In this document: one piece after another, positions 12,791 through 26,200 of the stretch
Layout of the letters: the number at the start of each line of letters is the position of its first letter
How positions within the stretch are numbered: the first letter of the stretch is position 1
Source of the DNA: Euglena gracilis
Lineage: Eukaryota
Length of the DNA: 64,000 nucleotides
Direction of reading: 5' to 3'
NCBI GenBank assembly: GCA_039621445.1
Contig: CP154954.1
Location: 7,752,634-7,816,633, forward strand
Notes under the pieces: model-generated
Seen by the model: only the letters and a program-made list of their open reading frames with translations
What the model was told of the DNA's origin: nothing
Databases searched by the model: none
Made by a program: the position numbers and the translations under genes

Positions 12791-13750
12791 AAGCAGGCAC
12801 GCGCGACGACTCCTCCTTCTCGGATGGGGGTAGGAGGAGGAAAAGGAAAGCACCGTGTTGAAGACCTCACCATCGAACAACCACTACAGGTCAGCGGTAG
12901 CCATACTTGGCATTTTTTTAAAAAAACAACAACAAAACAACGTGTTTTTTTAAAAAAAAAACGCCAAAAAAAACATATAAAAAAACAAAAGCATAATTTC
13001 ATTGAAAAAACTCGTTATGAAGCACCCAAACCATACTTCGAATCCTACTACCATGCCCCCCCCCCCGAGCTATTCCCGGCCCCGGGACCCTTTACGGCCC
13101 AATGGGAACAGTACGGGGGGGGGGGGGGAACAGCTAGGGGGGGGGGGACCTAGGTCCCCCCCCCGAGCTATTCCCATACCCGACCCTCGGGCACCCCAAA
13201 AGGGGTCTTTTTTGGCAACTTTTTTGGATGTTCACAAAAAATGGTCAACTTTGAGCACATTCGCCAAAAGGTGATTTTTGAAAATGGTCCAAAAACGTCA
13301 ATTTTTGACCACTTTCTTAGGAAGTTCTTTATAAAAAGTGCTATGACAGTGAGCTATTCCCGTACCCCCAATGGGAATAGCTCGGGGGGGGAATAGGGGC
13401 GATGGCAGTACAGCTGGGGTTTTTTGGGGACCCCCCCCCTCCCCCCCCCTGTACAGTTGGGATTTTTGGGACCCCCCCCCTAGTGCCGAACGGTCAGAGA
13501 CAGATGGCCTTTTTGGACCAAAAATGGCCTTTTTGGACCAAAAAAAGGCCATAAAAAATTTTTCCGGCGCCTTCGGCGCCGGTTTTTGGCCAATTTTTGA
13601 GGGGGGGGGTTGGCAGTACAGTTGGGACCCCAGGACCCTCCCCCCCCCTGTGTTGAGACAGTACAGCAAAAAGTGCCAAAAAATGCAAAAAAATCAGCCC
13701 TCGGGACCCCCCCCCTGCCAAAGCCCCATAGCTCGGGGGGGGGGGGATGG

Positions 13751-14018
13751 TAACGTGACCCCCCCCCTATTTGGCCGCCCTCCGGGCGGCCCGGCCCCCC
13801 TTCTGGCCAATTAGGGGGGGGGACAATTAGGGGGGGGGGGTTAGGGGCAACCCCCCCCCCTAATTGGCCACCTGGGCCCCGTCCTTCATAGTCGTGAACC
13901 CCCGAAAAACACCCGAACAAAGGCATTTTCCCTTGAAATGTGTAACCCCCCCCCCCTAATTGGCCACCTGGGCTCTGGCCAATTAGGGGGGGGGGACAAA
14001 TAGGGGGGGGTCACGTTA
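13751..14018. mobile_element. TA-flanked (Tc1/mariner-like) MITE
   Basis: TAACGTGACCCCCCC...GGGGGGGTCACGTTA. A near-identical copy at ~8287-8553 is inserted into the GTGTACAC repeat, whose empty version is at ~9630-9670. Confidence 0.75.
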
Positions 14019-14689
14019 AGTTCAAAAATTGCCAAAAAAATTGGTCAAAAACATTCAAAAAAATGCAAAAAAATGCAACTTTAGGACTTTTTTCATTTTT
14101 TGTTTAAGGAAATTTTTTTGCAGAAATGCCCCAAAACTTGCCAAAAATGATTGAAAATATGCATTCAAAAAATTTTCCGAGCAAAACCTGTTGTTGGCGT
14201 GTTGGCTTGTTGGCGTTTTTTTTTGTTTTTTTTAAAAAAAACATTGTTAGAATTTAAAAAAAAACAAAAAAACAAAGTCCAAAAAAAAACAGGTTGCCAA
14301 CTATGGCGGTAGCTATACTGAGGGTTTACAAAGAGGTGTTCGGTGACTGGGTAGAGGTCAGTGGAAAATGAGCGAGGCTCATCTTCAATATATAAAGAGC
14401 AGGGGGGGGGCGTGTGTGTTGTGCTGTGCTGCCTCCTTTGGCGTGTGTGTGTCATGTAGGTTTTCACGTGACTGTCACGGTTTGCCTGAAGGTGAGTGTT
14501 CACAGATCCGATGAGGTAGGTGAGGGCCTGTTTGTGTACGCCTGAAGGGTACCAATTTTGGCCTCAGGGCCATTGGTCGTAGGCAGACATGGTTTCTGGT
14601 TCAGGGCCGTGGGCCGGCTAAGAGCTCCTGATGATGGTTGGTAAGTGTCGGTGGGCATTCGGTGGTTAGGGCATCCGAAGAGTTATGAC

Positions 14690-14925
14690 ATTTGGTATTG
14701 GAGTACTGGAGGTATCCGAGGTTCCGCAATCCAGAAGCTGTTCAGGACATTGCCCCCATGCCAACTGTCAGGCCACTTCACGCATCAGAGCCATTTCCAG
14801 TCCTTGCCACACATTGGCCTCCACGCCCCGCCTCTCCCAACCGTTGTGTTGGCTGGTCAGAAGGCGGATACAAGTGGAGACAAAGCCTTGTCCTGTTTCG
14901 CTAATGCCTCCGTAGCAGTCCATCA
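14690..14925 (-). mobile_element. 3' remnant of an RLE retrotransposon
   Basis: Minus strand reads GWERRGVEANVWQGLEMALMREVA*QLAWG, homologous to 18040-18140. Confidence 0.6.
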
Positions 14926-15687
14926 CCGGTGGTACCACCCCCCCCCTTTATTGTCCCCCCCCCCTTTATTGTCCCTGGGCCCCGGCCGACGGGGGGTTTT
15001 TTTGGCCCGGCCAATGAAATTCCTTTGGTACCCCTTTATTGTCCCCCCCCCTTTATTGTCCGGTCGGGCCTCCCGGGGGCAGGTCGGTGGGACAATAAAG
15101 GGGGGGGGGTGGTCAGGGTTGGGCAATTTCTCCTCCTGGCCAATTATTTCTTTTCTTTGCGAAAAAACGGGAAAATGGAAAATTGCGAATTAATACTCAA
15201 CAATCGCGAAACTCACATGCGCGACTGGGATTCTCGTTTTTTTCATTTTTTTCTCTCATTCTCACAGGACCACGACGAATGATACGAGGAGTGTTTGCAC
15301 GTTTACGTGCTGAAAAGCTTGGATTATCGCTTTGGCCGAGGATTATTGCTTTGGCCGAGGTGTTCATCTTTATCTCATCATCCGTTTTTATTTTCTCTAT
15401 GCCAAGGTCCCACTGCTGATGAACCTAATTGATGGTTTACGCGTACAATTTTTGAGTTGAAGTTGGTGTTGGTGGCTGAAGGAGCTGCTGGGAGCTGCTG
15501 GGGCTGGTGGCTGAAGGAGCTGCTGGACGACGTTTATTACTGCACGCTCCAGTTTGGTGGCTAACTTTTTTTGTTTCTTGCCTTCTTTTTTTGCTGTTCA
15601 CAAACGTTCTTGCCCAAGGAATCCAAAATTTGGGATGTCCCGAATCCAGTTTTTGAATCTGACAATCCCGCCCTAAATTTTGCACTT

Positions 15688-16514
15688 TGTGGTGGCCAGT
15701 TTTGGGCCACATGTGGTGGCCAGTTTTGGGCCAGATTGTGGTGGCCAGTTTTGAGCCACAGATGGGGCCATTTTGGGGCCATAGGTGGTGGCCAGTTTTG
15801 GGCCACAGATGGTGCCGTTTTGGGGCCACAGATTATGGCCAGTTTTGGGCCACAGATGGTGGCCAGCTTCGGGCCACAGGTGTTGCCATTTTGGGCCACA
15901 GGTGGCGTCCAGTTTTGGGCCAGATTGTGGTGGCCAGTTTTGGGCCACAGATGGTGGCCAGTTTTGGGCCACAGATGGTGGCCAGTTTTGGACCACAGGT
16001 GGGGGCCAGTTTTGGGCCAGTTTTGGGCCACAGATGGTGGCCAGTTTTGGGCCACAGATGGTGGCCAGTTTTGGGCCACAGATGGTGGCCAGTTTTGGGC
16101 CACAGGTGGTGGCCAGTTTTGGGCCACAGATGGTGCCATTTTGGGGCCACAGATTGTGGCCAGTTTTGGGGCACAGGTGGGGGCCAGTTTTGGGCCACAG
16201 GTGGCGTCCAGTTTTGGGCCAGATTGTGGTGGCCAGTTTTGGGCCACAGATGGTGGCCAGTTTTGGGCCACAGATGGTGGCCAGTTTTGGGCCACAGATG
16301 GTGGCCAGTTTTGGGCCACAGGTGGTGGCCAGTTTTGGGCCACAGGTGGGGGCCAGTTTTGGGCCACAGGTGGCGTCCAGTTTTGGGCCAGATTGTGGTG
16401 GCCAGTTTTGGGCCACAGATGGTGGCCAGTTTTGGGCCACAGATGGTGGCCAGTTTTGGGCCACAGATGGTGGCCAGTTTTGGGCCACAGGTGGGGGCCA
16501 GTTTTGGGCCACAG
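15688..16514. repeat. Minisatellite, ~24-bp unit CCACAGATGGTGGCCAGTTTTGGG
   Basis: More than 30 direct tandem copies with variants. It is the source of the spurious long ORFs in all six frames. Confidence 0.95.
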
Positions 16515-16744
16515 CTTGCACATTGGTCTGAAAAAAGTTTCTGGGTGAGGCACGTAGGTTTCACTCAGCGTTAACAAGTCAGTTGCGGCCCAAAGCGATG
16601 TTCATCCTTGTCGATGGGTCCGCCGGCTCCGTTTCTTTCTCTTATCCGGAAAATGTAGGAAAAAAATTTTCCGAGGCCCGGGAAAATTTTAGGAGAAATT
16701 CTCCGAGAAATTTCCGTCCGGAAAATTCCCGCCCAACCCTGGGG

Positions 16745-17480
16745 GTGGTACAAAGGTCCAACCACGTCGCTTGCACGGCTCTCCGTATTTGGAAATTTTG
16801 TCTTCCTCTTGCCGATGGTGCCAGTTGTCCACTTGTGCTGGGGCTGATCTTGAAGGAGCCAATGGGTGTCTTTCTGTGACATCAATGGCTGCGGGTCCAT
16901 TGGCGTCAAAGCGAGTGATAAAGACATCACCGGGGCGCGTACCATCTTCGGCTTTTTCTTCTCGGCGGGCTGGGAAGCCAGCTCGTTGGGCCATGGTCAG
17001 GACAAAGCTTTGCACTGCCCCGTGCCGCCTAACAAGGTTGTTACGGTGGCAGCAAACGAGGTGGTGGCCGGCTGTGTCAAGCGGGCTCTTGCATCGTGGA
17101 CATCCTGGTGAGCTTCCTTCTTCAGACTGAACCACAGGGGCACCAAGGGTCCATTGCAGAAGGGCAACAAATTCTTTGGTGGGAATGAGGGTCAAACCGG
17201 CCGAGGGGACGGCACATGTCCAAGCCATTGCATGAGGTCGCGTTTGGCAAGCAAAACGGACGGCATCAGATCCGGTCAGGGATTGTTGTAACTTCTTTTG
17301 CCGCAGACCAGAGCAGATATTCCCCCAATGCTGTTGAGACACCAACTCATGAGGCAATTGAGCTGCACGGGTAAAGTCTTCTGCCAAGGCTTGCAGGGGT
17401 TGACCATCAATGCCACTGTCCCCAAGTGCTTTGCTGACAAAATCAAAGTCAGATGGCTTTGAAGAAGAAGAAAACTGGCA
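16745..17480 (-). mobile_element. RLE-type non-LTR retrotransposon fragment (CRE/SLACS-like C-terminal region)
   Basis: CPRC...GHHLVCC zinc knuckle, RRHGAV, TRPGDVF...AAIDVT and EDKISKY...GWTFVP, which are restriction-like endonuclease motifs. Confidence 0.85.
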
Positions 17481-17989
17481 AAGTCTTCACGGTGGGCAGC
17501 ACAGCTTCACCCAAACCGTGCCCCGCGCCCAGGGAAACGTCTCTTTTGGCCCTCGCCACAAGAGGAACCCCCTTGTGACTCCCTGTGCCGCCACAGGTCG
17601 CGGGTTGCTTATACTGTGAGCTTAATGTACAAAAAGTGCAGATTGTTCAGGGTGCGGGGGTTAGTGGTTAGAGGAAGATGAGCCAAGGTCACCTTCAATA
17701 TATATTGGGCGAGGGGGGGGGGCGTTTGTACCTCTTTTGCCACGCGATGGCATGTTTGTGTCGGGGTTTTTGGCTTTGGGGCGTGTGTTCTTGTCGTTGA
17801 ATGGCGTGTGTGTGTCGGGTCCTTAGGTGGCATGTCAGGGAGTGTCAGCTTGGGCTTGGCATAGCAAGGGGAAGCATGGAGAGGACAGGAGTATGAGGCA
17901 GGAGTATGAGGCGGGTAGGGTTCAAGTGGAGGAGGTGGGTTAACCAAGGTCGACAGGGGGTGAACTAAGGTGTTTACTGGGAATACGGG

Positions 17990-19160
17990 AGGTGGCAACC
18001 GGCAGACAGGTCAGTGTCATTTGACAGGTTGGTGTAGAAGCTCCAAACCAGCTGTTTAGAGATCTCTTTGGCCAGGGTGAGTGACAGTCCTTGCCACACT
18101 TCTGCTTCGGTTTGGCGCTGAAGCCAACTCTCCCGTTGCCTAACAAGGCTTTAAGGAGAGTGGACATCAGAGAACGACCTTGCGGCCCCATGCCGCCAAA
18201 GCAGTCAAGCACAAACGGGGTGAGGCGCCAGCCTCGTCTCGAGCAAGTTGCATCATATTTGCGGTGTTTGTCTACTCCTTGTTTTTCTTGCCAAATCGGA
18301 AGTTGTGCGGCGCGGCTCAGAGGGTTGCTTGGGGTCTGTGTGTGACGGATGGTGACGTCGATTGCGACTGGGCCTTCGCTGTCAAGGCGAGGAATGAAGA
18401 TATCACCAGGGCGGGAATTGTCATCAGCCCGTTGTTCTTTTTTGGCTTGGAATCCGGCGCGTTGAGCCAGGGAGGTGAGGAAGTCTTGGACCGCTGCATG
18501 TCGCTTGTAAAGGTTGTTGAATTTGAAACATAGCAGGTGATGTCCAGAAACATCCAATGTTCCTTGGCATTTTGGGCAGAGTGTCTTGCTTGAAGAAGCA
18601 CCCTCTGTGAGTGGCATCCCAATGTTCCATCGCAAAAGGCAGCGAAATTCAGCAGAAGGCAACAAAGTGCGGGTGCCCGTGCTTGGGGTGGCAGCCGCCC
18701 AGGCCATGGCATGTGGCTGACATTGGCTGGCAAATCGGACTTGGTCAGTGGGGGGCAGGGTCCTTGCAAGAACTGTTTGCCGTGCCGTGGAAAACTGTCC
18801 ATTCCACCACTTTTGGGAGGTGTGAGGACTTTGCGCGTCTTTCAACAGTGACAGGTCGTCAACCCATTGCACCAGTGGTGCAACGTTGCCGAGGATGGCT
18901 GAGGCTTCTTGGAGGCACACCAGAGTGTCTGAGGGGGCCCTGGGGAACGCCGAAGGAATACCAAGGGTTTCGGGGCCCGACGGATGTATTCCACAATGCC
19001 AGCAAACCGAGCTGGTAGACGAATGTGTCCCGGATCAGAGATGCCCAGTCCACCCAGCCGGATGGGGAGACAAATTTGTTCCCATCGTTCAGGGGAGCAG
19101 GGGCCGCCAACTATTCCTTCAAAGCAATGTCGGAGGGTCGTACGGAAAGCTGCACATTCT
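17990..19160 (-). mobile_element. Second, diverged RLE-type non-LTR retrotransposon fragment (frameshifted)
   Basis: QICLPIRLGGLGI (post-RT motif), CPKC...GHHLLC, KRHAAV, SRPGDIF...AIDVT, DKHRKY and PFVLDCFGGMG. Confidence 0.85.
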
Positions 19161-22100
19161 GGGCGGCCCGTGGAAAGAGGTGCAGCGCGAAGGAGGTCGT
19201 TGGTGGCTTTGTGTCGGAGTGTATGGGAGATCCTAATAGGATCTGCTCGCATGCTACGTATTCACCACACCAAACGCGCCAAGGGAAAAACGCGTCTGCA
19301 GTTGTTGCCATCCCCAACTAATCATCCCTCATGCTGCACCTTTTACATAGCTTTTCACCTGCGGTCCCCTGCCTAACCCCATGTACCATGCAGATAGCCT
19401 CCCCCCCGACACTTACAAATCCGGTTGGCAGTGCCACTGGTCAGTGGTTTTCTATTTTCAATTTTTTTGCAAAGAAAAGAAAAGGGGTCAGAAGTGGTGA
19501 TTCTCCAAAAAGCGAATGGCCTAGCCTGGGTGTCACAAAACCCAAAATGCCCATCTGGGGAGCAATCTGGGGAGGGGAGTTGAACATTTACAATGTCTGC
19601 CTTTTTTTATGAGATTTGAAATTTTCACAAGCCACTGCACACACACATGGGTCAGGGTTTTTTTTTAAGTCTTGCACCCCGGGGGGGGGCAGGGGGGGTG
19701 GGTCCCCGCCGAGCCCCCCCCACCAGGGGGGGGGTGAGATACCGTGCCCCCCGGGTTTGTCCCCCCCCCCTGTTAATCACCCTTGGGTTTGCCCCCCCTT
19801 TCTTTGGAAAATGAAGCAGCTCTGGGAAGTGCCAGCTAGTTGAAGCCCCCCCCCCCCCCTGGTCAGCCAACCCCCTCGGCACGGCATGCCGAACCATACC
19901 AATGAATTTCCTTTGGGAAATTCCGGCTCTCCGCCACAGTGGACCCCCCCCTGGGGAACTGACCTCCTTGGCACGGCAAAATGGGGACCCCCCCCCCCCT
20001 GGCGGTCGAGGGTCCTCGTCAGACGTGCCGAACCTCCGCCGTTTGGCAGCTCCTCTTCAACAGACAACCACACTCAACTTTTGCTCCCCATGGGAAGGAA
20101 CGCCTCTGTCCCTTTGGCTGCACACCCGGCCCCGGGCGGATGATTGGCTATGACGATCCCAAAGGTCGGGCCGACCATGGTCGGGTCGACCTCTGGGGGT
20201 CGATGAGAATAGCCATGAACCGCATGAGCCCCCCCCCCCTTTCAAAGGACTTTTGACTATAGGTCGGGCCGGCCCTGGTCGGCCCGACGTGTTTGTTACC
20301 GACCACATTGGAGGTTGGGCCCGGGGGGTAGATTTGGCCTGGGGGGGGGGGGTTGTGGGCAGACCCTAGGGTCGCCAAAGGTCGCCATGGTCGCCAAAGG
20401 TCGTGGGTGGGTCGATGTCAAAAAATGCGCTCCACGGCAAATTAGCGCAACATACACACAAAAGGTGTTGCACACACAAGGGATTTTTTTTTTTAGGGCC
20501 CTGGAACAGTTGCCTACGCCGCTACAATGCAAAAAAGACTGAGTAGGAAATACCCATAGCGACCTTTGGCGACCTTTGGCGACCGTGGGCAGACCCTAGG
20601 GTCTGCCCACAACCCCCCCCCCCAGGCCAGATCCGGGAGCCGTTGGGCCCAACATGTGGTCGGTAGAAACGACCTCCTGTGCCTCGTGCTGTGTCCCGAC
20701 TGCCTATAAAACAGGAGAAATGTGGTTTTTGTGGTGTTGCCATTCCGAAAAATCCACATTGTTAGGAGCTGAACAAAGTTGGTTGTGACGCCTGCAGTTT
20801 GGCATGTCATTTTCATTGCCAAGATTTGCGGCGGCCACCAAAGTATGGCTCTTTTTTGTGTAAAGCCTGTCGTGTGCCGTGATTTTCGCCCCTTCCGTGT
20901 CGTTGTGCCAAGGCAACCTAGCCTTCTTGTTGTCGTCTTCTTCGTGTTGTAGAGTGCCCCCGACCCGCCTCACCCGTTGAGGACCACCCGGCCTCTCAAC
21001 CGCACGCCGATTTTTCACGATAGCGATTTTCGTTTCTTGCTGGGGGTTGCCACAGATGCCCTCACTGAAAACGTGCCTGAACACAGATGCCTTCACTGAA
21101 AACGTGTCATTGCTACAAATGCCCTCATTGAAAATGTGCCTGAACACAGATGCCTTCACTGAAAACGTGTCATTGCCCCAAATGCCCTCATTGAAAACGT
21201 GTTCATGACCACGAATTTCAGGGCAGGCATTTGGCGGGCTGAACACGTTTTTAAAGGACTTTTGACTATAGGTCGGGCCGGCCCTGGTCGGCCCGACGTG
21301 TTTGTTGCCGACCACATTGGAGGTCGGGCCCACCATGTGGTCGGTAGAAGCGACCTCCATGGCTTTCCATTTCAGAAGCATACAAACCCTTGGCCAAACC
21401 CTGTGGAACACCTACCAGACACCTACCCTCACCCCCCCCCCCTATTTGGCTAATGGCCGGGCTCCTTCAGACCCCCAATTAGCCAATTAGGGGGGGGGGG
21501 ACAATTGGGGGGGGGGCTCGAGGACCCCTACCCAAAAAATTTTCCCTGTGCAAAATTTGTCGATTTTTTGCGCGTAGTTGGATTGGTCATGACTTTTTCT
21601 TATCCGGCGAATTTTAAAATTTTCGAAATTGACATTTTTGGAGGTTCTCTGAGCCCTTTTTTGCGGCCTGGCCGAAATTGGCCGGTCTTGTCCCAGAGGC
21701 CAATTAGCCAATCAGGGGGGGGGGGGCAAACAGGGGGGGGGGGGGGGAGGGTACCCTCAACCCCCCCCTCCAAAGTGTCCCCGCTCCCAAAGTGGCCAAA
21801 TTTTTTGCCAAATTTCAGTTTACCCCCCTCAAAGTGGCCATTTTCCTTAAGCCTTAATTGAATCTAGCAAGCCTTACTGAGAAAATCAATCTCGCATTTG
21901 GCTGCGATCGCAGTGGCAACCACCACACTTCGTTAGTTTTGCATCTACTCCGTGGTAACCTTTTTCTGCATGATGGTTGTCTCCCTTATTCACCAGAAAT
22001 ACCCGTTGAATGTTGTACATGACTCCAAGTTTGTGATAAGCCAATCTGTTCACGACTATTCGTTTTGGGCATGAACGATTGATCCTGTTCGGGGGTCCCG

Positions 22101-22969
22101 AACGAATAATCGACTAGTCGACTAGTCGTCCCAACCTTGCCCTCAGTCATCCACCTGAAACCCAAATATAAGAACCCCCCCCAAATATAAGACACCCTTT
22201 GGCGAAATTGGTCGACACCCAAATATAATACACCGTTGTCTTATATTTGGGGGGGGGTTACCCTTGGAACCAGATTTTTTCTTCTTGTTGCCTTGCACCA
22301 ACAAGCTGCCATGAAGGGGGTCAAGCTTCGGTTTTTTGGCAATTTGTTGGTACACTGCCAACACACCAAGGAACAGTTCTGTTTCAGGGGGGGGGGGGGT
22401 AACAAGCTATCACGAGGTTCACCGCGCGTTTCGTCATGGGGAACTGTGGGATGAAGGTCAAAGGGGGGTCGGCACAGCCCTCCCCCCCCCCTCACCGACC
22501 CCCTTGCCACGCCATTTTACCCCCCCCTCCCCCCCTTTTCAGACCCCCTCGCCACGCCATGTCAGCCGTGCCAAAGAAAATTTTCTTGGAAAACCCCCGC
22601 GCACCCCTCCCCCCCCCCCATCCAGGACCCCCTCGCCACGCCAAAACCCCCCCCCCCCCCCCCCCTAGCCGGACGGCTCGCCACGGCGTGCCGACCCCCC
22701 AAAGGGGTGACCACGGATTTCAGGACAGGCATCCGTTTCTGACCACCGATTTCAGGGCAGGCATCCGTTTCTGACCACAGATTTCAGGGCAGGCACCATT
22801 TTTTTTGGCAAGCTTTGACGTTTTTCGTGGATTTCTCCAAATGCGTGAGTCATGACCACAAATTTCAGGGCAGGCATTTGGCGGGCTCTGAACACGTGAA
22901 TTGGGACTCTGGCTTCACGCCCGAACCGGCGTCCAGAACGCCGGTTCGGGCGGGAAGCTGGCGTCCAGG

Positions 22970-24008
22970 GGACCCAAAATAAAAAGTGCCAAAAAAGTGT
23001 CCAAAGGGGCTTGTAGGCATGTGGCAATCATATCTGAGCGGGTTGGGGGGGGTATTTGGCAGAAATTGGGGTATTTTGTGCAACAATTTCCATTTGGCCA
23101 AATTTGGCGATTTTGTGAAATAGAGTACCATACAGCACGGCTGAAATCTAAGGCCATCTGCTGAAAGCCCTTGAGAAGGGCTATCGATCAAGGGGCAACA
23201 TGGCAGGTGAACAGTGGATTTTGGAATTTGCAAAAAGGGTCAGAACATGCGATCAGCGATTTTCTGGGTGCTGTAAAATCTTAGGGAGAGTTTTCGATTG
23301 ACATGCTGTATGGCACCTGAGGTGCGGGATTTCACAAATTAAGATGTCAAATTTTGGATACACGATCGCTGAACACAAGCACTGTGTGCACAATGGCTGA
23401 ATCCTGTGGCCGTCTGTCAAAAGCCCTTGAGAAGAGCTTTCGATTGATGGGTAACATGGCATCAGACGCGCGAAAACTTCAATCGGCCGATCGACATGGC
23501 CATGAGCCCAAAGGAGCCCAAAAAATGCTCAAAAATGTTCAGAAACTGGGTCTTTAGGGCGAAATTGGCCGTGATTCCTTGAACGCCGGTTCGGGCGTGA
23601 AGCCAGAGCCCCTAATCCACGGTTTCAACAACTGTGTTCAGAAACGCCGGTTCGGGCGTGAAGCCGTGTTCCAGAACGCCGGTTCGGGCAGCCCGAACCG
23701 GCGTTCTGGAACACAACTTCACGTGATCGCATGTTCCGACTCTCTTCGCAAATTCTAAAATCCACTGTTCACCTGCCATGTTGCCCCTTGATCGATAGCC
23801 CTTCTCAAGGGCTTTCAGCAGATGGCCTTAGATTTCAGCCGTGCTGCATGGTATTCCATTTCAGACATCCCCCAAATTTGGCCAAATGGAAATTGTTGCA
23901 CAAAATACCCCAATTTCTGCCAAATACCCCCCCCCAAAACCGCTCAGATATGATTGCCACATGCCTACAAGCCCTTTTGGACACTTTTTGGCACTTTTTA
24001 TTTTGGGT
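22970..24008. repeat. Foldback structure with ~280-bp inverted arms
   Basis: 22970-23252 is the near reverse complement of 23725-24008. Confidence 0.85.
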
Positions 24009-24307
24009 GGCTCCGTGCGGATGATTGGCTACGACGATCCCGGAGGTCGTACCGACCATGGTCGGGCCGACCTAGGTCGGGCCGACCGTTGGCTATGGCC
24101 TATCGACCATTGGAGGTCGGGCCGACCTGGTCGGCCCGACCTCCAATCATCCGCATTCCCCCCCCCCCTTTTTTGATTTTTAAGCCCCCCCCCCCCCGGA
24201 AACTTGAAGCAGTATTCAGTAAAATTTGACTCAAAATGCATGGAAAAACATTAGAATGAGCTTGAAACTGGCAACAAAACGTCCTATGTTAAAGAAAGAG
24301 ACCCTAA

Positions 24308-25052
24308 TGAACTTAGTCGGCCTACGGCCTCCTCCGGGGGGGGCCGGCCGCCCCCCCCGGACCCCCCACCGCCCAAAATAACAATATCCCCTTGTGTGTG
24401 CAAGGCAAGGGTGGACAGAACGCGCATCCTAACAAAATCTTTTTGTGTGTGCAAGGCAAGGATGGCCAAAACGCGCCCCCCAACAAACTCCCTTTGTGCT
24501 AACTTAGTCGGCGTACGGCCTCCTCCGGGGGGGGCTGCCGCCCCCCCCGGACCCCCCCCGCCCAAAATAACAATATCCCCTTGTGTGTGCAAGGCAAGGG
24601 TGGACAAAACGCGCATCCTAACAAAATCCTTTTGTGTGTGCAAGGCATGGATGGCCAAAACGTGCCCCCCAACAAACTCCCTTTGTGCTAACTTAGTCGG
24701 CCTACGGCCTCCTCCGGGGGGGGCTGCCCCCCCCCCCCCGGACCCCCCCTGCCCAAAATAACAAAATCCCTTTGTGTGTGCAAGGCATGGATGGCCAAAA
24801 CGCGCCCCACAACAAACTCCCTTTGTGCTAACTTAGTCGGCCTACGGCCTCCTCCGGGGGGGGCTCCCGCCCCCCCCGGACCCCCCCCGCCCAAAATAAC
24901 AATATCCCCTTGTGTGTGCAAGGCAAGGGTGGACAAAACGCGCATCCTAACAAAATCCTTTTGTGTGTGCAAGGCAAGGATGGCCAAAACGCGCCCCCCA
25001 ACAAACTCCCTTTGTGCTAACTTAGTCGGCCTAACCCCCCGCCCAAAATAAC
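24308..25052. repeat. Tandem repeat, ~190-bp unit, about 4 copies
   Basis: AACTTAGTCGGC recurs at ~24310, 24501, 24690, 24830 and 25019. Confidence 0.9.
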
Positions 25053-26200
25053 CTAACTGTATCCCTAACCCTAACCCTAATCCCCAGCCCTAACCGTATC
25101 ACTGAATCTAACCCTAGCCCTGACCCTAACCCTAACCGTATCCCTAACCCTAACTCTAACCCTGACCCTAACCCTAACCGTATCCCTAACCCTAACCCTA
25201 ACCCCCAGCCCTAACCGTATCACTGAATCTAACCCTAGCCCTGACCCTAACCCTAACCGTATCCCTAACCCTAACTCTAACCCTGACCCTAACCCTAACC
25301 GTATCCCTAACCCTAACCCTAACCCCCAGCCCTAACCGTATCACTGAATCTAACCCTAGCCCTGACCCTAACGCTAACCGTATCCCTAACCCTAACTCTA
25401 ACCCTGACCCTAACCGTATTCCTAACCCTAATCGCCATCCCTAACCGTCCCCCTAACCCTACCCCCAACCCCAACTCTAACCCTAACCCGAACCCTATCC
25501 GTATCCCTAACCCTAACCCTAACTGCAACCCTAAACCTAACCGTATCCCCAACCCAAACTCAAACCGTATCCGTGGCCCGAACTCTAACCGTAACCGTAT
25601 CCCTCACCCTAACAATAACCGTAACACTAACCGTATCCCTAACCCTAACCCTAATCCCCAGCCCTAACCGTATCCCTAACCCTAACCCGATCCCTAACCC
25701 TAACCGTATCCCTAACTCTAACCCTAACCCTAACCGAAACCCTAACTGTATCCCTAACCCTAACTCTAACCCTAGCCCTAACCCTAACCGTATCCCTAAC
25801 CCTAACCCTAACCCTAACCCGAACCCTATCCGTATCCCTAACCCTAACTATCCTAACCCTAACCCTAACCCGAACCCTATCCGTATCCCTAACCCTAACT
25901 GCATCCCTAACCCTAACCGTATCCCCAACCCAAACTCAAACCGTATCCCTGGCCCGAACTCTAACCCTAACCGTATCCCTGACCCTAACAATAACCGTAA
26001 CACTGACCGTATCCCTAACCCGAACCCTAATCCCCAGCCCTAACCGTATCCCTAACCCTAACTCTAACCCTATCCCTAACCCTAACCGTATCCCTAACCC
26101 TAACCCTAATCCCCAGCCCTAACCCTATCCGTTTCCCTAACCCTAACCCTAACTGTATCCCTAACCCTAACCATAACTGTATCCCTAACGCTAACTCTAA
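25053..26200. repeat. Interstitial degenerate telomere-like array (CCCTAA)n with CCGTAT variants
   Basis: About 1.15 kb of hexamer repeats with higher-order periodicity. Confidence 0.92.

Noticed and set aside
9792-13926. Numerous Pro/Gly-rich ORFs (also 19600-37300 and 46568-47160)
   Set aside because: Produced by G/C homopolymer tracts of nested MITEs. Homopolymer lengths are also likely unreliable.
15688-16514. CRISPR-like regular repeats (also 29949-30077 and 24308-25052)
   Set aside because: Contiguous tandem units with no unique spacers, no cas genes, and a eukaryotic context.
15561-16577. Long ORFs (240-340 aa) in all six frames
   Set aside because: Artefact of a stop-free 24-bp minisatellite.
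25573-26043. PN-repeat ORF
   Set aside because: Translation of the (CCCTAA)n array.
25053-26200. True chromosome end or telomere
   Set aside because: Degenerate, internal and flanked on both sides by ordinary repeats.
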